Part shown: positions 27,946-39,908 of the stretch, piece after piece
Position numbering within the stretch: position 1 is the first letter of the stretch
How the letters are laid out: each line of letters starts with the position of its first letter
Origin: Antedon mediterranea
Lineage: Eukaryota > Animalia > Echinodermata
Length of the DNA stretch: 64,000 nucleotides
Assembly: GCF_964355755.1 (NCBI RefSeq)
Contig: NC_092679.1
Coordinates: 23,791,432 to 23,855,431, forward strand
Direction: 5' to 3'
Program-made: the position numbers and the translations under genes
The notes under the pieces: model-generated
What the model saw: only the letters and a program-made list of their open reading frames with translations
Told to the model about the DNA's origin: nothing
Databases searched by the model: none

Positions 27946-28068
27946 TGATAAATTTATGTAGAATAGGTTATTTAAATAATATATTATATTGAAATAAAAA
28001 TATATAACATCTGATTGATATACAGTATTAAAGAAAATGCCAAATGATCAACTTGAATCCAATTAAAT

Positions 28069-28412
28069 TACCCTATTGTTTCTAATAAACGCCCCCTCTG
28101 AGATTTCTCCGTATTGTAATGAGTGCTCAAATAGAATTGCCTGTGTATCCTTAGATTGGTATTAAATGGAAAATATATTTATTTCACCCACTAGCGATGG
28201 ACTTATTGCTGGTCAAATAACTAGCAAACGGGATAAGGCCTAGATATAGCTTGCACATTAACTTGTTTTTCAACAAATAAAAAACTTTTTAACTGTTTTA
28301 AAGCAGCCTGTTTAGGTATTTTTGGGTGTTAAAATGTACCTCCAATAAATGCCCCCACCCCTTTTTGAAAAAAATGCAACGACCCGGGGCGTTTATTAGA
28401 GACAATACGGTA
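28069..28412. mobile_element. Tc1/mariner-pogo type MITE
   Basis: Inverted termini TACC(C)TATTGTTTCTAATAAACGCCCC ... GGGGCGTTTATTAGAGACAATACGGTA, with TA at both ends. Confidence 0.7.
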
Positions 28413-29807
28413 GTTCATCTAGCAAACAATTCTCTGATACCGGATTTTAAATAACTGTGCAATGCTTTGTACATTCCTTCTGTATCTTCTGTTTATGTAC
28501 AGTATTTAAAAAATAAATTATAGATTTAAAAGACCAGGGTATATACAAAAAGAAAACAACAAAAACAAACTGTGTTTGGAAAAACCAAAGAAATATAAAG
28601 GTTCACCGTCACTACTTTAGTTGACTGAATAAAAGTTATTAATGATAAATTAAAAAATTAAAAAACATTAACTAACCATCAAGAAGTCCCATACTGAAAT
28701 GTCTAGCTGAAAACGTTTATAAATGTATTTTAAATCCACCAAAAGTTTTTTTTTAAGCTTTATAATTTTATTTTTTTAAGAAGTGACCGTGCATCTTTAA
28801 TATTTGTTTGTAAAGTAAAAGCATATTGCTATATATGTAAGCCTATATGTATACAGGGGCAGATTCAAGAGGGGAAAGGGGGTGTGGATGAAAGAGGATC
28901 ATCACCCACACTATTTTTAGGTGGGTTTCAATATTTTTTTTTTTGAAAATTTGTGTGTAAATTGTGTTTTTGGACACTCTTTTCTAATTTTTGAATCTGC
29001 CCCTGATTTAATTAAGTTTTCTAAAGTTTTATGGGTTTAATAAATGTTTGAATTCATTATATCAATATATACATAGTCAGGGTTAAAGGTCAGAAATTGG
29101 AACTGTGAGATACTGTTTTGGGTTGTGTCCTTGTTGAAAGTTGATAGCAGTAAGCAATTTAGATTTATCATTATTGCTAACATTTTTCCGATTTACGTCT
29201 TTAAAATAATAGTTAAATTGATTAATAAAGGATTATGTTTAGGTGTACTAATATACAAAGAGTAAACATCTATTTATACTTTTTTACTTGAAATATTTGT
29301 CTAAAGTTATTTTAAATATATTATTTAAGCATCATTTTTGGATTTTCTTTTTATTTTTATCCATTATAGTTAACAAAGATGAAAATCACATTTTCTTGCA
29401 AACGAGAAAATAATTTATAGACTGATTTCACAATTGCATTTATCTCTACTACGTCAGAAAATATATACAAGAACTGCGAATGGCATGTGATACTTAATTA
29501 ACCAATCAAAATGCAAGCATACACTCAAGTGTATTATAAAACTGGCCATTTAATTTGCATATTTGGTAAAATCAAACAGTATTATGTAAAAATCAAAAGG
29601 CAAATTACTGAAAAACCCCAATAACACTAACCCTCCTTCAGCGCAATTATATAAAATATAAATGTGTGTTGTATGCAAAAACAAGTTATATTGCCCAATG
29701 GGCATCCTCAGATCGGTAGTCATGTGATGCCTTTTTGACCAATCATGTTCACATATGTAATATATCGGATCGATCTAGAATAAGAGGCATTGACTGACCT
29801 GTACACA

Positions 29808-32800
29808 TCAATACATATCTTGCAGCACACTATTCTCAATGTCATCGGTCATCCCCCAGTGGTCCATGATGTCCTCGCCGATCCAATGACCATTAAACGA
29901 GTCCATCTTTAGAATGCGTGTAAACAGTCTCAAGTAGTCCATAGCCTTCACGTCACCAGTCCTTGTGTGCTCGTTGTAACCAAGATCTATGCATATATAG
30001 CTGCTACCGGGCGCCCATACTCTAAATACACAAAACCAAAACATAGGAAATTGAGTAGGGATACAGCAAAATTTATGTGACAACCTTACGTACATCCAAC
30101 ATGATCAAATAATAATTTATTGTGTAATGTAATAAATGAATACAATTTTTTTTTTATAAAAAAATAAATTTACTGTGTTTTTGTATGAGAAAAATAATAT
30201 TTCCCGAGAAAAATAAAAGAATACCCTACTGGGGGATTTCCATCTTTCAAAGTGACTAACTTCCTTTAAATATCTAATATCATCAGGGAACCCAGAGAGC
30301 CCGATAATGGATGTTTGTTTCGTGTGTACAACACCGCACCATCTCTATCGGGCCATTCTTGATCTCATCAATGCACAAAATAGTATAGCATAATAACAAT
30401 TTAGCTTCATTACAATGCAATGAGACAATTAAATTATACAATTCATTTACACCAAGAATGACAAATAGTTTTTAAAACAGTCAGCCCCACAGTAATAGAA
30501 CCAAAATGTCAAAATAGACAAATATAAAATATTAAATATCACTCATATATTTCATAAAACATACAAAAATAAAGAGAAATTCCTACTCTAAAATCTTAAG
30601 TAAATTCTGCTTTCGTTTTGTCATCATATTTCGAACAAAATATATAAAGAGAGAAGTTTCTTCTGCGGTCATATTGTTTTCGTTGAACATTTCCATCTTT
30701 GGAGTCAGCTTCACCAAGCAAATTCTGTCATTCTGTTAAATATTAAAAAAAATTGTATGTAAATTTTAATGTATGCTTTCCCTAGTTTAGTTTATTTATA
30801 ACAACATTTTATGAGGGTGGTCCATCCATCACAAGTCTGTAGCTTTACAACTCTCGAACCCCCTTCTTTAATTTTACAATTTGCCTGCTGGTTAGGGATA
30901 ATTGAACATAACATTGTCATTTAAGTAAATAAAAATAAGGCCTATTTACTGGTATTGTTGCCGTTTGTCTCTAGTTTGAAAGGCCATTTCAGGTAAAGGA
31001 GCGTTATTCAAACCCTACAAAGCTTAAAGGATTTGTGTTGTAATATTTATACTACCTTGGCTTTGCCTGCCTTTTCTTGGAATAGCAACGATGAAAGACT
31101 TACCTAAATTCAGAAAAAGAAAGAGCAAAACAAGCTGTGTTACTATAAATGCACTTGCCAATTGTCTGACGCAATATACAAGCACAAAACAGATATCTTA
31201 CAGTGTGTAAACATTCCATTTGGAAGCCTATCTGCATTAATACTGAGATGGCTTGATACTTGACCATATAGCTTGTAGGCCCTTGAGTTAAAGTCTGAAA
31301 AAAAGGAAAAACACCTAAATATAATTACAACCTAGCTGTACTGCATCTCAACGTCAAGTAGACAACCAGAGTCAGATAAATCACATTTTTCTCATTTATT
31401 TATTTATTTTTACATTAGTACTGATCTAGACTAAAGCTCTGTTTACACTATCATACTAGTTTGACAACAAGAGTGTGATCTGTCCAAATATGGTAGTGAT
31501 ATGACATCATCATGTCCATATATGGGCACATCACATTTTTTTGTCACATAAAGTTTGATTTAGAGCTGTAGATTATCTACCCTCGTAAAAAAGAATCCTT
31601 TCTTTTCAAATTTAATGATGCAATCAAGAACATTTTAAAGAATTTGACTACGATTAGCATTTACCTTATATGTTTTTTCAAACATTAACAGGTTGCACTC
31701 CACTGGGCCAAATTTGAAAACACCAAATCTTTGCAACTGCAAGACTGCTAAAGTGTACAAGTTTGTTCTCTCTGTCATTTTATTGGCTATGCTCCCAACC
31801 ACTTTAATTACAGGCTCTGCAATAGTAGTGAAATAAACAATGTAAAATCAGCTTTGCATGTTTAATTTAAGAATATTTCAAAATGAAGATGTAAAATATT
31901 CTATTTTACTAAAGTATAAACCAAAACAGTAAAACCTTCAGAGTACGGAGTATGGGCTTGCCTAATATGGTTTTACCCCCTGGAGGTTACTTGGAAAATT
32001 CTATAATACAGTGTCATATGCATCACACTATATGGCACTTGTATCATAGGTCATATTACTCCACTCAAATGTATACAATAATTACATTGATAATAAAGAT
32101 ACGTAGATACATAGTTTATGGGTTAAGATACACAGAAGCCAAAGTGGCTTGTCTTTGTAGTCCTAAGCATAAACATAAAACATATACGGACGCATTACAT
32201 TAACAAAAATGACATTTTGAGACAGAAAAAGAAAAAAAAATAAAGTGAGATAAGCAAAATATTTACAACCCCAATTTTGAAGTAGCAATAGTAGCTAGCA
32301 ATATGTTTCAAATATCATCTTTTTAATATTGTACTTTAGCATAGGGAGCGAGGTCATTCTAGAGTAGACTGAAGTTTATTCCAGTAAGTTGGTCCTTCAA
32401 TGAAAATTGATCTTTTATTAATTTCTAGTCTACTGTGTGGAATATATATCTTATTTGCGTTTCTTAATGTCTTTAAGCGATCAGTTTTAGGGTTTAAATC
32501 AATCAAGTTGTTTATAGGGATAGATGGGAAGTTCCTGGAGATGATATTTGAACATAAAGCATGCAATTTGAATTTTATTTATATCGTATATATTTAACAT
32601 TTTTAAACTTTGTAATAGTGGTTTGGAGGCTGTTCTCATCGGTGAGTTTGTAATCATTCTAGCTATACGTTTTTGTAATTTATGTATTTTTTCTAAGTTT
32701 GTTGGATATTCATTTCCCCATATTATATTGCAGTAATAGAGGTTTGGTAAGCTAAACGCATTGTACGAATTTAAAAGAAAATGTTTAGGAAAGACGTGTT

Positions 32801-35739
32801 TTACCTTGTAGATGATACCAATGGATTTAGCGATTTTATTTGAGATGCAGTTTATATGGGGTTTCCAACATAAATGTTCATTTATATGTATTCCGAGAAA
32901 CATAACTGTTTGTTCTCTTTGTAATATTGAATTGCTAATTTGGATTTGGGAAGTAATTTCAGGGATCTTTTTTTGTCGAGGTCTAAAAATAATGTAGTTA
33001 GTCTTATCGACATTTAAAATAAGTTTGTTTGTCATAACCCATTTATTAATTTTTGAAAGTTCAATATTTAATGTGTCTATAAGATTGTTTATATTATTAT
33101 CACTCATGAAAACAGTGGTATCATCTGCAAAGGAAATCACGTTTATTTTATCACTTACTCTAATAATATCGTTAACATAGATAAGAAATAACAAGGGTCC
33201 AAGAATGGACCCTTGCGGTACTCCACATTTAATATGTTGGAGTGATGATTTGGTTTGATTTATTTGTACAAATTGTTTTCGTTCTTGTAAATAGCTTTGA
33301 ATCCATTTGTAACCAGTTCCTCGTATACCATAGTGATGTATCTTTTTAAGCAAAATATCATGATTCATTACATCGAATGCCTTTGATAGGTCCATAAATA
33401 CGCTAATTAAGTATTTCTTGTTCTCGAAAGATGTGATTATGTGTTTTGTTAGTTCAAGTATGGCGTGGGATGTTGAGTGCTTAGCTCGGAATCCGTATTG
33501 GTGGGGGTTTAAGAGTGCATATTTCGTTAAGTAGGTGTATAGTTTATTATACATTGCTCTTTCAAGCAATACATATATGCGATACATATTCTATGTGACC
33601 CTTTTAATTAAATACAGTATGTGGAGATACAGTACAGAGAATCAGGTGGGAGAGTATGTTTTGGGAAGGACATCATAAACAATGAAGAAAAAATCATTTA
33701 AAATCAACCCATTCTGCAGGTTAGTTGCAATGTTCATGGGGCAATCTTTATGACCAATGAAATGATAGGTAAATGTGACACAAAAACAACCAATCAAATA
33801 GCAAGGATTCGAAATGTGTTTCATAAAAAATACTAACCATTAACATTGGGGCAATTTTCATTACTAAGCTTTTGTTCAAATATCCCGGACATGTCAACAC
33901 AAGCGTCCTTGAATGATTGCAGCGTCCTCAGCACAGTAAAACTGTCGCCCGCGACAACTTGATAGCGCTTCCCAGGCTCAGCTTCTAGTTGTTTTAATAT
34001 CGGAACCAGTCCAGGCTCTTTCTCAATAACAATAAGGTTACCTACTCCACCTGCTAGTAAATGTCTCGTCAGTACTCCAGCTCCTGAAATATAAATAACA
34101 ATAAGGTTACCTACACCACCTGCTAGTAAATGTCTCGTCAGTACTCCAGCTCCTGAAATATAATCAAACTGTAAAGTTAGGATGATTATTAAATTAGTAA
34201 TTCATACATTATATATAATTAATTTTGAATGAGATATGGTCAGAATATAAAGGACATGATGAGCCACAGTACTTGAAAAAAAAGCTCAATGGTCAAAATA
34301 ACATTGCAGTTAACAGTGATAATCGGATAACATTCAAGCTAAATTTATATTCCAAGGTTCAAAAACATGATAAAAATACATACAAAAAACAATAAAATTA
34401 AGATATGTGAAAACAGAAAAAGTTTATCAATAAAAAATTGTTAAAATTTATATACAATCTGCAGACAGTACTGTTTCGATCTTATTAGATCTCGTCAGTG
34501 CAGCTCAGGTTTCGAAATGAAATGTACTGCAGAACTGGCACAATATATAGGCTGAGCCAGGTATGCGGGACATGGTACACTGATTATGAACACAAAGAGT
34601 GCACAAGCTCAACGAGCGTGCTTTGCAAAATGCTAATAGTATTCACAACAAAAATGCACCAAAAAACAATTCCAACACACAATCTATTGGCTATTTGTTT
34701 TGAGAACATAATTTCATTTGACATTTGTCTCATTTATGCTCAAGGCAATTTATTCGTAAGTTGTTAAATTATTTATATTCTCGCAGCAGACACAGACCAC
34801 ATTGTTCTTCCCTGTGCAGAGATAAAATTAAGTATCTCATCGATATAAAAGAAGTATTTAGTTGTGGCATTGTAAACAATTTGAACAAAATTTAATAAAT
34901 AATATATAAAACTGATCCACACCTGCCGTTATTTCTACAATTTGTGATGTTTCATGTTTTAGTGAATCACCGGGCCAAATTAATTCCTTTACGACTTTTG
35001 CAAACTCTGTCTTCAAAAAATATTTACAATTCTGTTGTCGCAGACATTGGAAGTCTTTTCGCAATTTTTGAACAAACGAGTCATCTTCGAACGTTGTTGA
35101 TGCGCAATTACGAGAAAAGACATAATTACTGCTAAGACGCAATCTTAATAGATTATTTGTTCTTAATATAGAATTTGGTAAACTATGTTTTACAACTGAT
35201 ACTGACGGACGGGTAGTAAGCAATTTGGAAGGTGTAACTTTTTCTAGGCGATGTTGAGCAGAGGTCCGGCATAACTTGACAGTTATGCCTTTTTCTAGAC
35301 GTGTAGCAGTTATATCAGGAGTTTTGTATTTTTCAACTAGAGCCCGCAAACAAGGCTCCACGCCCCAATCAAACTCTTTTTGAAGACGTTGCTGAAGAGG
35401 AATTGGAATAAATTCATTCTCTTTAGCATTCCTCAGAGAATTCCTGTATATTGTTTTGCTAGTTGGTGAAAACTGCTGACCACATATTATGGATTTAGAA
35501 ACCACTTTTCTCTTTAGATGTGATGAATTACAGTTAATATGAACATCAGTGTTCTGTTCAGGAGCAAAACCAACGAATACTGGGATGATGGTGTTATCTC
35601 CAATACCCTGTTGAACAGATGTTGGCGATGTGTTGTGCAATATACTAAACTGTTGCACGGTCGGTAATATATTTAGACTATTTAGCCGTTTAAGTCCAAT
35701 GCACCACCAGTGCTTTTGACACATGTGACAGAGATTCAT
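29808..35739 (-). CDS. TFB2M: Mitochondrial transcription factor B2 / dimethyladenosine transferase 2-like (KsgA/Dim1 fold), ~571 aa
   Basis: Phase-consistent exons (minus strand): 35739-34923, 34083-33838, 31816-31665, 31294-31202, 31103-31056, 30732-30587 and 30021-29808. The spliced product has motif I VEITAGAGVLTRHLLAGG..LIVIEKE, then VVAGD, IKVVGSI, FKFGPVECNLLMFEK, YQAISVLMQ, CLVKLTPK and FIYFVRNMMTKRKQ, which parallels TFB2M proteins. A probable 5' UTR exon ends at 36484 and splices to the acceptor at ~35748. Confidence 0.85.
32060..33570 (-). mobile_element. 5'-truncated non-LTR retrotransposon (CR1/L2/Crack-group LINE) in TFB2M intron 2
   Basis: ORF 32499-33587 has RT motifs QYGFR, FMDLSKAFD, GVPQGSILGPLLFLIYVND and FADD. 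The C-terminus continues in another frame (32354-32566, ..RSIFIEGPTYWNKL). There is a 3' hairpin AAGCC-ACTTT-GGCTT near 32136-32150. The ends are approximate. Confidence 0.9.
34025..34162. repeat. 69-bp tandem duplication spanning the TFB2M exon-2 splice acceptor
   Basis: 34025-34093 and 34094-34162 are identical except for one substitution. Confidence 0.95.
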
Positions 35740-38700
35740 GTTGATATCTGAAAATCAATAACAAATGTAGTTACAGTAATACATAATTTTCCTTTCTTTA
35801 ATATACCATTTCTAATAATAAATAATGTCAAATCAATCTCTTTATTCATCAAAAAGTATATAGTTATTTAATAACTTTATAAATGAATATTGCCAGGGAA
35901 ATTTCTTATTTAGGGCCTACTACTGTGTATTCTATACTAGGCCTTAATACCAATACTTAAACCATTTCAAACTAAAATATTTAATTTATTATTTAATAAA
36001 TAATACTTTAAATATTAATACCACTAAAAAATTAATAACAGTCCTAGGCCTAGCTTTACATCAACAACTAGCTAGGCCTAGCCTACTAGTCATATCCGAG
36101 TGAGATGTTTTAGAATTAACATTTTTTAAGACTAAGAAAGAGTAAGATGAACCCACGTCGGATGTCTAAAATAAAGGAATAGAATTAAAGAAAGCCTATA
36201 GATAGCGGCTTACTACCTATATATAGCCTAGGCCCTCTACTAGCTAGCCTACCACACAACACACAGCACTCACACTCGCTTGTCGCACCTCTCTCAGTCT
36301 CTGTCTGCCGCGCTGACTGCTGAGGTTGTAGTAAGGCCAAGCCTAGGTCTAATTAACTATCATAATAAACCGTACAGAAGTAGATCTAGCCTAGTTTGAT
36401 GACCTTTTTTAAATATATATATAGCCTAGCGAGCCTACACATTATTCTGGACATTGTTGTTTGTAGGCCTACCCTAGGCCTACCTGAAACACAACCCACA
36501 TGCTGTCTCTAGGCCTACGTCGTCTCTACCGACCCGTGTTTTTTGTTGAAACAATATGTCGCCCTCTACAACAAGAAATTACGATGGCCCATAAGTTCAA
36601 TATCATTTATTTCTTGAGGAATAAGATATTCACAAGGTTTCCCTCCAATTAAAGTCCACTTTGGGAGACCCAGGTAGTCCTTAGTAGCTTTAGTCCCTAA
36701 TTCGAACCCCTCCAACTAAAGACCGGCGGCGCTATTTATTATTAGTCTTTAAATTACATCATTTAGAGAGAAAATATAGTGTCAGAATGAATTATCTCCC
36801 CGAAGACTGAAAGTCCGGGTCTTCAGGTTTGTCTGTCTGTCCTATCCATTTACGTACCTGTAGTTTTTGTCTGATTTTCTTCCAATTTTTAATTGGAGAG
36901 GTCCGATTGGAGGGAGTCTAGACCGGGCGCCCGGAAGATTTATTCATGTGAAAAGATACAAAAGGTTTGATGATGTAGTTAGGTGCGTATTAGGGCGAGA
37001 TGCAATATTCGACATTGCTGCCGGGTCACAGCCTGTACACAGGGCCTGTGGGGATCATAACATAGGGGGGTAAAAATGCATTTATTTATGTGAAGCGATA
37101 CAAGGATAAACTTTTTTGGATATCATTCGCAGTGGGCTACTAATGATTACATCACCAATGACAGCAACTTAATCCTGTACGGGGCGCCAAACAGCAACAT
37201 TTTAGGGCCACGCCCAAATGGGTTTATTCATGTGAAGCGATACAAGGTTGAATCTTTTTTAATGGTAGCAGTATATATTGGGGATGACAAAAACACCAAT
37301 GACAGCAACTTTATCCTGTACATAAGCTCAGACAGCAGTCCTAAAGGTCCGCAGATTCCCCCTATTCGGCTATATACTCGGCGCGTATGTCGTCTTATGG
37401 CGTTCAGCTGAGTTAGAAATACGTGATACGGACTCGGACTGACAATAAATACACAGCAGAATGATAAAACAATAAATAAAGAGAGCAGTTGTTTGCTGTA
37501 CCAAATCATCAAACATCAAACTCTTAGGAACTCGCCCAAAATGGGTTTATCCATGAAGTGTGTAATCATTTTTGAAAAAATGTTGTTTTTTTTCACTTTT
37601 TTCGGTACACACCAGCTCTAATACCCGAGGCTCCATTCGTGATCAACAATGTTGATAATACAAACACATTCACGATAACGAGTGACTTTTATTTTATAAT
37701 TGAAATGTATCTTTATTTTGGAATAATAAATAACACCAACAAAAACACTTAAAATAACCAACAGCAGATTTGTATTTTAGGGTATCATTTTGAACAATCA
37801 ATATTTTATCAAAATCATTATTTCACAACACAAAATAATATAATTTAAGAATATTTTTCAGATAAACTAATTAATAATTACACTCATAATGATCGACACC
37901 GGTACCGATTATTGTGCATTATTATTATAACTCGATTTAAATATTGTTTTAATTACACGCTAGACACTAGTGATATGTCTATATGAAAAAAGGCAACGAA
38001 ATCTAAATTTGCAACATTTTTTACATAACATAACATAATAGTAAAGTAAATAATAGTTCGAATTCAACATAATCACTTAGAGAATTGGTAAGGTATAGAT
38101 TAGACTATCGATTGCACACTATTACTAAAAAAAAGTAACCGTTTTTATGTGAATTAGACTGATAAAAACCAACAAAAAACTTAATCTGCCAACATTTTAA
38201 ACGTCGTTACTTGTCCATAATGGATTGACTACTGTATCGATTACTGCACATTGTTTTACTATAACTGCCGAAGTCAAATTTAAAATTGTTACTGTACTAA
38301 CATTATACAGTGATATCTGATAAAAGGCAACATTAATAATACTGGACAAAATTAAATATCATTACTTATCCACAGTGGATCGACTACTGTATTGATTATT
38401 GCACATTATTTTTCTCTAACTGAACCCAGGTCGAATATTTTACATGCAGTGTAACTACCGACACACTGTAAAAGCACAATTGAGCAAAGACAATGTACTA
38501 ACATTAGACAGTGATATCTGATAAAATGCAACATACTCAGGACCAAATTAAATATCGTTACTTATCCATAATGGATCGACTACTGTATCGATTATTGCAC
38601 ATTATTTTACTATAACTGCCGAAGTCAAATTTAAAATTGTTACTGTACTAACATTATACAGTGATATCTGATAAAAGGCAACATTAATAATACTGGACAA

Positions 38701-39167
38701 AATTAAATATCATTCCTTATCCACAGTGGATCGACTACTGTATTGATTATTGCACATTATTTTTCTCTAACTGAACCCAGGTCGAATATTTTACATGCAG
38801 TGTAACTACCGACACACTGTAAAAGCACAATTGAGCAAAGACATCGAGGTTACTGGCTGTATGCATTAAATAACTGAATATTGTACATTCATCATATTCC
38901 ATTGTTACTAGCTAAAAAGAATACACGATATAATAAAACCAATAGGGGCTATTGGATTTCTTTTTACATGATTTGTGACAGCGTCATTTATAAATTGGAT
39001 TATATCACACTGTAATGATACTGGATTCTGCTTGCCAACTATCTATGGATCAAATAGTTCAGTATTTACATTTGATATATTATACAATATTTACTTCAAA
39101 ACTGTCAAATGTTTTATGTAAACGATTAAAAACTATTAAATCAGCCGTAATGCATAATCTTTTTAGT

Positions 39168-39540
39168 TTATCTATTCGTCATCATCACAATCACTTTCAC
39201 TGTCATCACTCCAAGGTTGGTCATCATCGATTTCAATCCATAGTTTAATGGGCGTAGGTTTTGTGTTGGCTGAGGAGTATGAGCGTGTCTCCACATAATA
39301 GATACATAATTTGCCCTCAACAGATGCTGGGTGATTGTGATTTCACATGGTGGCAATGACGAACAGTTGATCTTCTTGACTTTCTTCTTTCCAGTTTTCA
39401 TTTTGCGAAACGATTGGTACCTGGCCTCATTAATACTGTTCATGCTTTTAAACCCATATATCTTGCATACATAGGCAGTGACTGCGGGTTTGTCCATCCT
39501 GTCACCACAAAGCGATCGCAATGACTTGCCTTTGCGGTAA
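39168..39540 (-). pseudogene. Remnant of Academ-type transposon protein (XPG/H3TH-associated C-terminal region)
   Basis: LPPCEITITQHLLRANYVSIMW..PQP..PLNYG motif, preceded by an internally deleted FYRKGK. There is no authentic start, and the end is frameshifted. Confidence 0.65.
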
Positions 39541-39772
39541 AATCCAGTATCATTACAGTGTGATTATAATCAAATTGGTTTTATTATATCGTGTATTCTG
39601 TTCAGCTAGTAACAATGGAATATGAGGAATGTACAATATTTAGTTATTTAATGCATACAGCCAGTAAACTCGATGTCTTTGCTCATTGTGCTTTTACAGT
39701 GTGTCGGTATGCAAAATATTCGACCTGGGTTCAGTTGGAGATAAATAACGATATTTAATTTGGTCCAGTGTT

Positions 39773-39908
39773 GTATGGCTTTTTTTTTATCGTATTTTAT
39801 ATTTTATGTACTGTATCCATTTTATATTTGTATGTACTGTACTTTTGAAAAGGCCAACAGAGTTTCCCCATGGGGATAATAAAGTTTTAATTGAATTGAA
39901 TTGAATTG
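39773..39908 (+). mobile_element. 3' tail of a LINE (L2/Rex-like) inserted into the right arm of the foldback element
   Basis: Absent from the left arm. CCCCATGGGG hairpin, then AATAAA, then an (ATTGA)n tail. Confidence 0.55.

Noticed and set aside
32499-33587. RT as a domesticated gene or retron-like system
   Set aside because: It is an ordinary 5'-truncated LINE lacking the endonuclease, frameshifted near its 3' end and lying in an intron.
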